A DNA stretch of 64,000 nucleotides. It comes from a virus. Positions within the stretch are counted from its first letter, which is position 1, and each line of letters begins with the position of its first letter. A program made the position numbers and the translations under genes. Location: positions 1 to 64,000 of the IMG/VR virus record IMGVR_UViG_3300045988_128110; one strand, 5' to 3'. Shown piece after piece: positions 17,604 to 27,380 of this stretch. The notes beneath the pieces are model-generated. The model worked only from the letters and a program-made list of their open reading frames with translations. It was not told where the DNA came from and did not search any database.

Positions 17604-17693
17604 GCGCCTGACCCGAGGCGGGGGGGAGGTCTTCAAAACCTCTATGCTGTTGGTCCATCTTCAGCCCTGTGGGATCGTTACCTACCAGGCGTG
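17604..17693 (+). tRNA. candidate TGA suppressor tRNA (anticodon UCA) with an atypical 90-nt architecture (long variable region, short D-region, A54/U58-swapped T-loop, discriminator G)
   Basis: Acceptor gcgcctg/caggcgt (7 bp incl. one GU), anticodon arm (g)gaggt-cttcaaa-acctc(t) with UCA at 17633-17635, T-arm gtggg-atcgtta-cctac, 25-nt variable region; no standard 76-nt tRNA can be fitted. Confidence 0.5.
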
Positions 17694-17709
17694 CAAATAA
17701 GAAGTAAAT

Positions 17710-18294
17710 ATGACTATTAAGGAACAATGTATACATTTACGGGAAGAAGGAAAAACTTATAACGAAATTTGTACTATTCTACACTGTTCTAAAAGTACAG
17801 TTGCATATCATTTGAATACGACTACTAAGATAGCAGCTACAAAATGACAAAGCGAAAACAAATGTAAGGATTGAAAGTACAAATTTATGCATAGTTGTTC
17901 CAACTTTCTAAATCGAAGAGATAGATCTAAACATATCAGAACAATGTGTTCAGATTGAAATAAAAAGTTTAGAACTCACGTATCAGAGTTCAATAATAGA
18001 TATAAAAACAAAGGAAATTTGGCTAATAAATGTTATTACAAGGATGTGTTAACATATCTTAATGGAACTAATGTTAAATGTTATTTAACAGGTACACCTA
18101 TTGATTTGACAAAAGATGATTATTGTTTTGATCATATAGTTCCTGTATCAAAAGGAGGAACTAATGAATTATCAAATCTAGGAGTAACTATTCCCTCAGC
18201 TAATTATTCTAAACATGATTTAACTATAGAGGAATATTTGTCTTTATGTAAACAGGTTTTAGAACACCATGGGTATACTGTAAGTAAAACTTAA
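17710..18294 (+). CDS. HNH homing endonuclease with an N-terminal helix-turn-helix; three in-frame TGA codons
   Basis: HTH GKTYNEICTILHCSKSTVAYHL; HNH motif CYLTG...DHIVPVSKGG...N; ATG at 17710 is in frame with tracked ORF 18019-18294 (103 codons, counted). Confidence 0.65.
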
Positions 18295-18298
18295 AGAT

Positions 18299-18802
18299 AT
18301 GACTTATAAACAAATTTTTATTGGAGGGATTACTATTCTGGGTATGTATATGCTACTGGGTTTGATGTTAAATTTCCCATGTAAATCAGAAGTGCCTCCA
18401 GTAAACTCTCCTGTAATTATTACAGAAGATTGTGATTCTCTTACAGAGTGGCAAGTTTTTATCATGGCACTTGTTGAAGTAGAATGTGAGAGAAATCCAA
18501 AAGTAAAATCTAGTAAAAATGCAATAGGCCCATTCCAAATCACTAAAATTTATGTTGATGAAGTTAATAACTTATATAACACTAGTTTTGTGTTAGAAGA
18601 TGCTTGGGATCTTGATAAAGCTTTAACTATGTTCGAAATGATGAATGACCATTATAATCCAACTAGAGATATTGATAGAGCAATTAAACTACATAATCCT
18701 GGGGCTGGTAAATGGTATGGGAAAAGAATAAAAGATCGTATGGAACTAATTCGATTTAGTGAAGCACTAAGATTCAAAATTGTTGAACTTTACGATAATT
18801 AA
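18299..18802 (+). CDS. lytic transglycosylase (SLT-domain) endolysin with an N-terminal signal-anchor
   Basis: N-terminal TM helix, then VECERNPK...SKNAIGPFQI, matching the SLT E...GLMQ(I) catalytic motif. Confidence 0.55.
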   Translation: MTYKQIFIGGITILGMYMLLGLMLNFPCKSEVPPVNSPVIITEDCDSLTEWQVFIMALVEVECERNPKVKSSKNAIGPFQITKIYVDEVNNLYNTSFVLEDAWDLDKALTMFEMMNDHYNPTRDIDRAIKLHNPGAGKWYGKRIKDRMELIRFSEALRFKIVELYDN

Positions 18803-18803
18803 T

Positions 18804-18905
18804 ATGTGGTGGTTGATTGGATTACTATTAGCTATTGCTATCATACTTAGTCCTATGTTATGGGCTATTTATAAACATATAACGTATGAGAAGTTGAATA
18901 ACTAA
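18804..18905 (+). CDS. small membrane protein (33 aa), possibly a holin- or antiholin-like lysis cassette component
   Basis: MWWLIGLLLAIAIILSPMLWAIYKH, a single TM helix directly after the endolysin. Confidence 0.3.
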   Translation: MWWLIGLLLAIAIILSPMLWAIYKHITYEKLNN

Positions 18906-19497
18906 AATTTTAAGTGGAGTTGCAATTATTTTAGGAATAACTGTTTACTTCATGAATGTAAGGATAAATGATTTAAATAAATCATTAGACATATCCGTTA
19001 ATAATGAAAAAGCATACTCGGCTGAAAATTCAGCTTTAAAGGAAAGTAATATAGTTTTCAAATCTGAGTTAGCTCAAATGACCCACATGAATGATTCAAT
19101 TCTTGTGAAAATGCGAGAAGTAGCCCAAGAACTCAAAATAAAGGATAAGAAATTAGAATCTTTACAATATCAGTTAGAACATATTTCTAAGTCAGATACT
19201 ATTTTTATTAGAGATACTATATTTAAAGATCCTGGTTTTAAACTTGATACGTGTATTCAAGATAAATGGGCTAAAACTTGTCTACATCTTGAATATCCAA
19301 ATGAAGTAGGAGTGTCAAGCGAGTTTAACAATGAAAAGTATATTATTACTTCTTGGAAAAAAGAACCAATTAAGCAAAGGAAGTGGTTCCTTCCAAGATG
19401 GTTTACGAAAAAACAAAAAATTGTAACTGTTGACGTAGTAGATAAGAATCCTTATGTAACTACAGAAAGACAGAGATTTGTACAAATTGTAGATTAA
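18886..19497 (+). CDS. i-spanin-like protein (N-terminal TM helix plus periplasmic coiled coil); one in-frame TGA
   Basis: MRSWITKILSGVAIILGITVYF precedes the tracked ORF 18952-19497 in frame via a TGA (22 codons); the remainder is coiled-coil rich. Confidence 0.4.
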
Positions 19498-19764
19498 ATG
19501 ATTACAACAATACCTACAAAATATGATATAGGGCAGAAAGTATATTTAAAGAAAACTGCTCTTGACTTTTCTCGAGGATATTTCATTGATGTTGAAGTTC
19601 CAGATCCAACTCCTTACATAATTACATCTATTAGAATTCATGTATATCCTGATTATACAAGTATTTATTACCGTATCGATGGAAAACAGGAATCTATTAG
19701 GGAGGATAAAGTATTTAGTTCTTTAGAAGAGGTAGAAGCCCATTGTAAGCATGATTCAGAATAG
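19498..19764 (+). CDS. hypothetical protein (88 aa)
   Basis: Complete ORF; TAAATG junction. Confidence 0.35.
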   Translation: MITTIPTKYDIGQKVYLKKTALDFSRGYFIDVEVPDPTPYIITSIRIHVYPDYTSIYYRIDGKQESIREDKVFSSLEEVEAHCKHDSE

Positions 19765-20245
19765 CTTTTTGGAAAAAGGTAAAGAGAAAGAATTAGAATT
19801 TGCCTTAGCTCTTTGCAAAGCTAAAAGTCTTTCGTCCTCTATAATAGAAGAAGCTAGCAAGGAAGATGACATTTATCGTCATATTGATATCTGGGTAGGA
19901 GCAAATAGTTTCGATGTTAAAGCTGCAAAGAAAACTAACCGCTCTGATTTACTTCCTAATTATGATATTCATTGGATAGAACTTAGAAACGTTCATGGAG
20001 ACAAAGGTTGGCTATTCGGGCAGGCTGATTATATAGCCTTTGAGTTGGGAACTACTTGGTGCATCTGTCCAAGAATTTCTTTAATACGGTCTCTAAAGGG
20101 CAGAATTGATTTTTCCAATTTTACTACTAATAGAGATGATATGTTTAGAGTATATAGACGTAAAGATAGATTAGATGCTATTGTTAAAGTCGATAGTGAT
20201 TTTTTGACCAAGGTTACGTCTAGTTTTTTAATTCCTAAAGAATAG
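19751..20245 (+). CDS. hypothetical protein (164 aa); terminates at TAG
   Basis: Complete ORF; the TAG stop is followed 3 nt later by the next ATG, which argues that TAG is a genuine stop. Confidence 0.35.
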   Translation: MIQNSFLEKGKEKELEFALALCKAKSLSSSIIEEASKEDDIYRHIDIWVGANSFDVKAAKKTNRSDLLPNYDIHWIELRNVHGDKGWLFGQADYIAFELGTTWCICPRISLIRSLKGRIDFSNFTTNRDDMFRVYRRKDRLDAIVKVDSDFLTKVTSSFLIPKE

Positions 20246-20248
20246 ACT

Positions 20249-20431
20249 ATGATTTTCTCTTTAGTGTATTACTTGATTTGTGCAGGTATTATTTTTGGTT
20301 CTGATGACGGAAAACCTTGGAAGTTTTCAGATTATATACTTTTATTGTTTGCAGGTATTTATGCTCCTTTAAGTGTAGGAGTTTATATTGGTAAACATTT
20401 AAGGGAACACAAGGTATATAAGGAGGATTAA
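20249..20431 (+). CDS. small membrane protein (60 aa)
   Basis: Two hydrophobic helices; followed by an aggagg/cctcct hairpin. Confidence 0.3.
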   Translation: MIFSLVYYLICAGIIFGSDDGKPWKFSDYILLLFAGIYAPLSVGVYIGKHLREHKVYKED

Positions 20432-20441
20432 CCTCCTATAT

Positions 20442-20517
20442 GGTGTATATAGCTCAGTTGGTTTAGAGCGCCAGATTGTGGCTCTGGAGGTCACCGATTC
20501 GAATTCGGTTATACACC
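20442..20517 (+). tRNA. tRNA-His (anticodon GUG) with encoded G-1
   Basis: G-1 plus acceptor gtgtata/tatacac, discriminator C, canonical D-arm tagctcagttggtttagagc, anticodon loop ttgtggc, T-arm accga-ttcgaat-tcggt. Confidence 0.85.
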
Positions 20518-20531
20518 CTAAAATATGAATT

Positions 20532-20855
20532 ATGATTGAACAAAAACTATATCTTAAGAATGGATTCTTATTTGCAAATGGTTTTGAAAGAGTAGTTCAT
20601 GGAGGTAGAGGAGATTATATTGAGTTAACAAGAGCACAAATTAAATTACCTTTACTATCTAGATTTGGAAATAAGAATTGGGAAACTACTAATTCTGAGG
20701 ATATTTACTATTACTGGTTGTTTCCTGTAGGGTTTCCTGATGTTAAAATTTATAAACAGTGTAAAACCGTAAAATATGCTGATTATAAGGTAGGATATTA
20801 TTATATTTCTCCTAATGAGTTACTTAATTTTAAAGATCCAGAAGAATTATTTTAA
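20532..20855 (+). CDS. hypothetical protein (107 aa)
   Basis: Complete ORF. Confidence 0.35.
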   Translation: MIEQKLYLKNGFLFANGFERVVHGGRGDYIELTRAQIKLPLLSRFGNKNWETTNSEDIYYYWLFPVGFPDVKIYKQCKTVKYADYKVGYYYISPNELLNFKDPEELF

Positions 20856-20857
20856 AT

Positions 20858-21346
20858 ATGAAAAAATTAAACATTGCACTTGTTGCACATGATGCAAGGA
20901 AAAAGGAATTAATTGATTGGGTTAAATTCAATAAACAGTCATTATATAATCATCATATTATTGCTACAGGCACTACAGGTAAGTTACTTGGCAATATCAT
21001 GGTTAAACAAGTTGCAGAAACAGACTGGAAAGGAAATGAATATTTTGTAAATAAATATTTAAATGTAACCTCTGTTCTTTCTGGACCTCTTGGAGGAGAT
21101 CAAATGATTGGTGCAATGATTGCACAAGGTCAAATTGATGTATTAATCTTCTTCTGTGATAATCTTATTACACAAGGACATCAAACAGATATTTCTGCAT
21201 TAACTCGATTGGCATCCTTATATAATATTGCATTTGCAACAAATAGAACTACAGCAGACATGATTCTTACTTCGTCATTATTTGCGAATGAAGAATATTG
21301 TCCTGTAAAAGCAGATTTTAGTAGTTATTTAAATCGCAAACTTTAG
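20858..21346 (+). CDS. mgsA: methylglyoxal synthase-like (MGS domain) protein
   Basis: IALVAHDARK...IIATGTTG...GPLGGDQMIGAMI...IDVLIFFCD.L matches the MgsA motifs, including the catalytic His-Asp region. Confidence 0.55.
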   Translation: MKKLNIALVAHDARKKELIDWVKFNKQSLYNHHIIATGTTGKLLGNIMVKQVAETDWKGNEYFVNKYLNVTSVLSGPLGGDQMIGAMIAQGQIDVLIFFCDNLITQGHQTDISALTRLASLYNIAFATNRTTADMILTSSLFANEEYCPVKADFSSYLNRKL

Positions 21347-21348
21347 TT

Positions 21349-21606
21349 ATGTCAAAAAGTCGCAAACTTCCAATTTTTAAAGATAAAGGTCTTAAAGGCA
21401 TTTATCACAGAATCGTTAAAAGGAGAATAAAAAATTATTTAAAGAGTAATTTTTTAAGATTACAAGATGAGGATTTTGATTGTAATATTCCAAATCCTAA
21501 AACAATAGTTAGCGACTACAATTATAGCGATTATACAATCGATTTACGTTATGAAAAAGGTAAAAGATGGGGAGAAGAGTGGAAAGCTAAATTCTCTAGA
21601 AAATAA
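21349..21606 (+). CDS. hypothetical basic protein (85 aa)
   Basis: Complete ORF. Confidence 0.3.
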   Translation: MSKSRKLPIFKDKGLKGIYHRIVKRRIKNYLKSNFLRLQDEDFDCNIPNPKTIVSDYNYSDYTIDLRYEKGKRWGEEWKAKFSRK

Positions 21607-21668
21607 ACGTATCTTAGATTACATAAAGGCTGTAAGGAAGAAATCAAGGGAAGAGGAGATCCAATTGT

Positions 21669-23105
21669 ATGGAAAACCTCTTCCTAAAACTAAGATTAAA
21701 GAATCAAAAAAGATATATAAGAGAAATAAAAAATGACTGCATTAGATTTTTTTATGATGAGTTTGTTGCATTTTGCAATAAGTATGATCTAGTGGAACAA
21801 TTTAATAAAGGGTTGCAGATAAAAGGTTTTCCTTACGAGTTAAGCTGTAAACCCTTTATTTTATCTAGGTTATCTCCAGAAATATTTAATTACTCTTTAC
21901 ATTGGGCAGAGACTCCCACCCCAAAATCACATTCATGGAGAGAAATTCATGATCTTTGGGTAGAAAAAAGTGTAGAGATAGAAAATAGCTTCAAGAAGAA
22001 ATCAAAAGTATTTGAATCATTTCCAGTATACTACTTTAAGTATGAAGATGATTATTTAGACTATGTTTCCGATCATATTAGGCAGTTATACTATGCAGAT
22101 CAGTTAATTCCAGTAAGAGTTAAAGATGCAGAACAAGTAGATGTAAAAAATGGATGCCCAAAAGGTGTACATATTATTTCAAATATGTCCATGTGGGCAT
22201 TAGAAATGGTAACTAAGTATAAGGGTGTTGTTGAATATAAGGAGTATGACTTAGGAAAGAACATTATTAGAATGTTTGATAAGTTTACATCTATTATGAA
22301 AGCATTCCCAGCTGGATTATCTGCCATTCTAGAACTAAATCCTTCTAAAAAGGTCAATTATCTAGATATTGACTATAATACAGGCAAAGTTTCTTATCTT
22401 CCTATAGAGAAAACTCTTAAAAAGGATTTTGAGCCCACACGTGCATATATAGATAGTAATAGGAAAACAACTACTATAGGACGATTACTCAATAAGTTCA
22501 ATTGGGCCCTTTATCTGGATAGATGTGATATCGAAAGGATATCCAATTTTGTTTCTGGATATGGAGAAACTCTTAGTGTAGAAATTTGGGAACCTGAAAA
22601 AATACGTATAGCATATTTAGAAGATAATTATGCAGAAGAATTAAGATGTATAAAATCTACATTACATAATTCTTGTATGCGACATGCTGAGTGTCAAGAT
22701 TTTTTTGAGTTTTATGAAAAAGCTGATGTAAAGATTGCTGTAGCACTTGATGAAAAAGGCAAAGTTTGTGCCAGAGCAATACTTTGGCAAATCAATGATT
22801 CTTTATACTTTCTGGATAGAATTTACTCAATTAGTCCTTTTTACTATGTAAAGTTCGCAAAAGCTGTTGCAAGTAAGGTTCCTATAGACTTTTATAAAGT
22901 AGATAGAACTATATACAGTATAAAGACTCTCACTGAAGTAGAAATGCCAGTTTATAGATTATTTAGACCGAAGTTAATAAATTATGAAGGATTGGTTCCC
23001 TATGTAGATACTTTCTATATATTTGATTCTACTTGTGGAGAACTATCGACTGATGCAAAAATTTTTAGACTTCAAACTACCGAAGGAAATTTAATACATA
23101 TATAA
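21669..23105 (+). CDS. large hypothetical protein (478 aa), paralog of 38008-39408 (shared NSCM.H.EC ... ARA(I/L)(L/V)W ... DR(I/V)Y region)
   Basis: Clear motif-level similarity to the second large protein; no known domain recognised. Confidence 0.45.
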   Translation: MENLFLKLRLKNQKRYIREIKNDCIRFFYDEFVAFCNKYDLVEQFNKGLQIKGFPYELSCKPFILSRLSPEIFNYSLHWAETPTPKSHSWREIHDLWVEKSVEIENSFKKKSKVFESFPVYYFKYEDDYLDYVSDHIRQLYYADQLIPVRVKDAEQVDVKNGCPKGVHIISNMSMWALEMVTKYKGVVEYKEYDLGKNIIRMFDKFTSIMKAFPAGLSAILELNPSKKVNYLDIDYNTGKVSYLPIEKTLKKDFEPTRAYIDSNRKTTTIGRLLNKFNWALYLDRCDIERISNFVSGYGETLSVEIWEPEKIRIAYLEDNYAEELRCIKSTLHNSCMRHAECQDFFEFYEKADVKIAVALDEKGKVCARAILWQINDSLYFLDRIYSISPFYYVKFAKAVASKVPIDFYKVDRTIYSIKTLTEVEMPVYRLFRPKLINYEGLVPYVDTFYIFDSTCGELSTDAKIFRLQTTEGNLIHI

Positions 23106-23106
23106 T

Positions 23107-23472
23107 ATGAAAAATGCACGTTTTTATTACAGTGTTCCGCTGAGCACTGTAAAGGCTTTAGTTGTAGGAACTCAAGATTTTACTCTTGATGATGTTGTTG
23201 GTTTTTACAAATCTTCAATTCAGCCTATGCCTCGAATTACTATTTGTAGTCTGCTTAACGAAGATCGTACAAAATTATCTTTTGGAGTAGCTGTATGTTC
23301 AGCTAAAGATCGTTTCGTAAAGAAGGTTGGTCGTGAGTTAGCTTACAAAAGAGCCCTTGAACATCCTTTCAAAGTAGCTGAAGTTACTAAAGATAATATT
23401 CGTGAAGTACGAATGAATGTATCTCAGGCTATTGAAGAAGAAATATGGGCAATGAATCCTAAGAAATTCTAA
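23107..23472 (+). CDS. hypothetical protein (121 aa)
   Basis: Complete ORF. Confidence 0.35.
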   Translation: MKNARFYYSVPLSTVKALVVGTQDFTLDDVVGFYKSSIQPMPRITICSLLNEDRTKLSFGVAVCSAKDRFVKKVGRELAYKRALEHPFKVAEVTKDNIREVRMNVSQAIEEEIWAMNPKKF

Positions 23473-23622
23473 TGGAGTACGAAGTTATAATTCATGGTAA
23501 AGTTTCTACTAAAAATGTAGATAAATTTAAAGAATGCTTTTTCAAAGCATTAACAGATAGTGAATCCACCTTTAGGGGGAATACTTATATCTATGAATTT
23601 ACAGAATACGAAGAGGTAAAAG

Positions 23623-24036
23623 ATGATACAGAAAGCTAGGGAATTTACTGTTCCTATTCTTAATGTTAAAGTGTCAATCCTAATTGGAAGTCCACTATCC
23701 GTAGAAAGTTACCTTCAGGATGTTCATAACAAAGTATTCGGACATAGTGCACCAAATGTAGTTGCAGAAACCTTTTATTCTACTGAATCAGATGCTGATG
23801 AGTTTTTGTATATTGCATTATACGATGATACAGATATAAAAGATTCTGCATATAACGTTATACATGAATGTCTTCATGCTGCTCATAAAATCTGCACTTT
23901 CAGAGGAGTTGAGTTAGATGAAGAGTTTCTATGTTATTTGCAGGAATTCTTAATTAACGAGGTATTTAAATGTTTGAATGCTGAACTGATGGTAGTTACA
24001 AACCATCAATTAACTGCGGAGGATACTCTGCAATAA
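23623..24036 (+). CDS. hypothetical protein (137 aa)
   Basis: Complete ORF; overlaps the RNase H start by about 66 nt. Confidence 0.35.
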   Translation: MIQKAREFTVPILNVKVSILIGSPLSVESYLQDVHNKVFGHSAPNVVAETFYSTESDADEFLYIALYDDTDIKDSAYNVIHECLHAAHKICTFRGVELDEEFLCYLQEFLINEVFKCLNAELMVVTNHQLTAEDTLQ

Positions 24037-24413
24037 TAACTCAAAATGGCAAAGTTATAAAAAAGCTTTACAGGGGTTATAAAAACACTACTAACAACCG
24101 TATGGAGCTTCTAGGGGTTTTAGAATGTCTTAGATATTTTACAAATCCTGAACAAATAACCATATATTCGGATTCTCAATATGTAGTATCGAGTATTAAC
24201 AACAAGCATCTTACCAAGTGGGTTGAAGACAATGATCAATCCAAAAAGAATCTTGATTTGTGATATCCGATTTATGAATTATTGAAGTTTCATACGGTTA
24301 CTTTTGTGTGAGTAAAAGGCCACAATAATAACAAATTTAATGAGTTAGCGGATTTATTTGCAACTCATGCAAGTGATTGTTTAGATCTACCAGAAGATAA
24401 TGGTTCATTTTAA
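23970..24413 (+). CDS. rnhA: ribonuclease H (RNase HI) with three in-frame TGA codons read as Trp
   Basis: MFECWTDGSY...YRGYKNTTNNRMEL...IYSDSQYV...KKNLDLWYPI...VTFVWVKGHNNNKFNELADLFA; the TGAs fall exactly on the conserved W of TDGS-proximal, DLW and WVKGH motifs; TAA stop at 24411-24413. Confidence 0.85.
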
Positions 24414-24765
24414 GATTAAAAAAGTCGGAAATCACTGGTATCCATGTGTTAATCATGAATATGACAGTGATATATCGTTGGATCCAAAAATTGAGAAATA
24501 TCTCAATAACTACTCTGTAAAATCTGGATATGTGGATGAAGTTACAATAGAGTTGGAAGAGATTCCAATGATAACAGAAGATATTAACTTAATCTTCTTT
24601 AACGAGTCTGATATTACAAGATATTATACTACTGATGACGATTTCAATCTTAGGTTTGAAATCAATGACCATGAATTTGAGATTGATGCATATTTATTTG
24701 GATGCTTTGAATTGCAATTCAATTTAAATTTCCATGAAAATCTCTATAAATTACATATCTGGTAA
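24400..24765 (+). CDS. hypothetical protein (121 aa)
   Basis: Complete ORF. Confidence 0.35.
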   Translation: MVHFKIKKVGNHWYPCVNHEYDSDISLDPKIEKYLNNYSVKSGYVDEVTIELEEIPMITEDINLIFFNESDITRYYTTDDDFNLRFEINDHEFEIDAYLFGCFELQFNLNFHENLYKLHIW

Positions 24766-24912
24766 TGAAATATGAAATCAGAATAGTGCAGATTACTCCC
24801 AATGGTTGTTGTTTAGTATATGCTAAAGATTGTGAAACCGATGAGGAAATTAAAGAGATGACAGCGTATAATAAGAAATTACGCTGTTTCATGACAAAGG
24901 AATGCAAAGACA

Positions 24913-25488
24913 ATGAAATTAAAAACTGAGGCACAGGAATCAACAGAGAAATTAGATATTAAGAGAAGGAAGTGTACTTTATCTGAGAATATTCAAAAAC
25001 TTTTACTGCGGCAATTAAAGCACGAACTGTATAATCATAATCTCTATATGAGTTTTTCTAACTTTTATGGAGTGCAAGGATTAGCTGTTCTAGAACAGTA
25101 TTATAAAGAACGTGCAGATGAAGAATATCATCATCATTCATGGATTCGTACATATATGAATGAGAATGATGCAGCATATATTTACCCTGATATTCCTGCC
25201 ATTAGTGAAACTTTTGAAGATAATGTAACGCCATTTAAGTTAACTGTAGATAAGGAGATTCAAACAACTCAACTTATTTATGAAATTGTGGATGCAGCTC
25301 TTGAAGAGGGGGACTGGGCCACTTTTAATTGGCTAAATGGAGATAACGATGAAACTGGACGACTTGTTCAAGAACAAGTTGAAGAAGAATCAATTTCACG
25401 TACTGCTCTAGATATTGCTATGGAGGAAGGTTCTTGGCTTCGTAAGGAGAAATCCATTATGAATGCTTATAAAGGAGATGTTGATTAA
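24913..25488 (+). CDS. ferritin-like superfamily protein
   Basis: LKHELYNHNLYMSFSNFY...EEYHHHSW pattern of helical di-iron ligand residues (E, ExxH). Confidence 0.45.
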   Translation: MKLKTEAQESTEKLDIKRRKCTLSENIQKLLLRQLKHELYNHNLYMSFSNFYGVQGLAVLEQYYKERADEEYHHHSWIRTYMNENDAAYIYPDIPAISETFEDNVTPFKLTVDKEIQTTQLIYEIVDAALEEGDWATFNWLNGDNDETGRLVQEQVEEESISRTALDIAMEEGSWLRKEKSIMNAYKGDVD

Positions 25489-26218
25489 GTTACCCGAAGA
25501 CATTAATGATCTATATTTCTGTGGTGATATTCATGGTAATTTAGATTATTTAAAGTATTTTATAAATACAGGAGTTGGATTCCCACAAAAGATATCTAAC
25601 TCCTGTATTGTTTTATGTGGAGATGTAGGATTAGGATTTTCTCCTGATCTTGAAAGTATGAAGATCTCTTTCTTAAATAAGCTCTGCGAAAAAACTAATA
25701 ATTATATTATCGCCATAAGAGGGAATCACGATGATCCTCAACAGTTTAAAAACCTTTATAACAAGAGATTCAAAGCGGTTGAAGATTATTCTGTAATTCA
25801 ATATAAAGATAAAAATATCTTGTGTATTGGAGGTGGAACTTCTATAGATAGAATCTATAGAAAAAATAATAAATGGGGATATTGGGAAGATGAAAAGATT
25901 GTTGAGTTGGACAATTTTGATTCAATTCCATATTGTCAAATTATTGCGTCCCATTGTGCTCCTACCTGTGCATACCCTTATGGAATAGGAAAGTTAGTAA
26001 TGGAATTCTGTGATGGAGATGATTCATTACTGGAAGAATTACTTTGGGAGAGAAATTATCTTCAAACTTGCTACGAAGAAATGTCTAAAAAAGGACCAGT
26101 AGAAGATTGGTATTATGGGCATTACCATAGTACTATGGATACTACTGTAGATAATACGAGGTTTCATTTACTTGGTATTAATTACCTTTCTAGATATTGT
26201 TATAATGATTACAATTAA
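25463..26218 (+). CDS. Ser/Thr protein phosphatase-like metallophosphoesterase
   Basis: GDIHGN, GDVGLG, GNHDDP motifs (GDxHG / GDxxDRG / GNHE family). Confidence 0.6.
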   Translation: MLIKEMLIKLPEDINDLYFCGDIHGNLDYLKYFINTGVGFPQKISNSCIVLCGDVGLGFSPDLESMKISFLNKLCEKTNNYIIAIRGNHDDPQQFKNLYNKRFKAVEDYSVIQYKDKNILCIGGGTSIDRIYRKNNKWGYWEDEKIVELDNFDSIPYCQIIASHCAPTCAYPYGIGKLVMEFCDGDDSLLEELLWERNYLQTCYEEMSKKGPVEDWYYGHYHSTMDTTVDNTRFHLLGINYLSRYCYNDYN

Positions 26219-26522
26219 ATGTTGTTTAGTTGCAGTTCAGACTGGACAATATTCTAAATTGGTGTTTGAGGACCTTAATAGAGATCCTTGCGATGATTTA
26301 AAATATGTCACTGTTGTAATGCTTCCAAATTGAGACTATAAAGACACTCTCAAAATTGGAGATACTGGATATCTGCAATTTGAAAGTGTGAAAGCTGGAG
26401 AAACTCAGTGATATAATAGAGAAATACAAGATTTTGCAGTTTATAAATTTAATGCTAATTATTTTATAAACTTCATTAAACACAAAGAGATAAATAATAT
26501 GAAAGAATTTAAGTTTGATTAA
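26205..26522 (+). CDS. hypothetical protein (105 aa) with two in-frame TGA
   Basis: ATG at 26205, open to TAA at 26520-26522 if TGA is read as Trp; overlaps the minus-strand shadow ORF 26298-26483. Confidence 0.3.
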
Positions 26523-26524
26523 AT

Positions 26525-27355
26525 ATGGATACAGAATTTGGAGCTAAGTTAAAGGAAGCTATAACGGCTAAAGACAATGATATTAATAGCTTGGTATGAA
26601 AAGACAAAACTGGTGTAAACATTCGTTTAATGGATATTTCCCAGAATGAACTAAAGCGATATCATCGTCATTGCGAACAAATGCTAACTAACAGGGACAT
26701 TTACAAACCTGGTAAATTAGTAATTCGCGAAAACATCCAAAAATGTTGAGATTCTTGTAATGCTGAATTGTTTGCAAGATATTTAATGCATGATTGTGAG
26801 ACAGATATTAAAACTAATAAAGATCTACTTGACTTTATCAATGTCCAAAGAAAAGCAAATAACGTAGATGTGGAAGACAGTATTTCAGTTTTATTTACTG
26901 GACTTCCTCCTATCTATGAGAAAGTTACTGTAGGGAAGTTAATGGATGTATGTTTTGATAAGCTTGATGTACTTAACAAAAAGATGATTACAGACAAGTT
27001 TATTATTGCGCAGGGAATCTGACTCACAGACGAAGAAAAACAAGAGCTTACAGAATTAGAAACAGGAGGTAAAATTAGAAATCGAATGGAAGTTATCAAG
27101 GAAAGACTTTGTCTTAATCCTGATATTAGACTGCGTGTAAGTCCTACAGGACTTTCATTTGCTGAGTTTAGAGCTTTAATTCAACTTTCTGATCTCCCTA
27201 AAATATCTTCCTTGTCTACAATTGCTCTTAAAACTCTTAGAGACAAAGTTTTACTACTTTTGGACAATGATCTTGATTATCATATCAATAAATGGATGAA
27301 AATTAAGAAGGATATTGAACGAGTAGCAGAATATAAAAATTGGAATTTAGATTAG
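26525..27355 (+). CDS. hypothetical protein (276 aa) with three in-frame TGA
   Basis: ATG at 26525 lies 81 codons upstream of tracked ORF 26768 in frame; ORFs 26768-27022 and 27086-27355 are joined by a TGA; terminates at TAG. Confidence 0.5.
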
Positions 27356-27380
27356 GTTCTGAAAATTAATTTTAGTAATT

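Noticed and set aside
17604-17693. Interpreting the UCA tRNA as a genuine selenocysteine tRNA with TGA as Sec
   Set aside because: There are far too many in-frame TGAs (often several per gene, in ordinary enzymes, at conserved Trp positions). No selA/selB/selD or SECIS-like context is visible. Sense-codon reassignment to Trp explains the data.
21551-21736. ORF 21551-21736 (61 aa, Lys-rich) overlapping two neighbours
   Set aside because: It overlaps both 21349-21606 and 21669-23105 entirely in alternative frames and is low-complexity and basic. It is probably not an independent gene.
26298-26483. Minus-strand ORF 26298-26483
   Set aside because: It overlaps a + strand ORF (26205-26522) that is contiguous with its neighbours. 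It is an AT-rich chance ORF.
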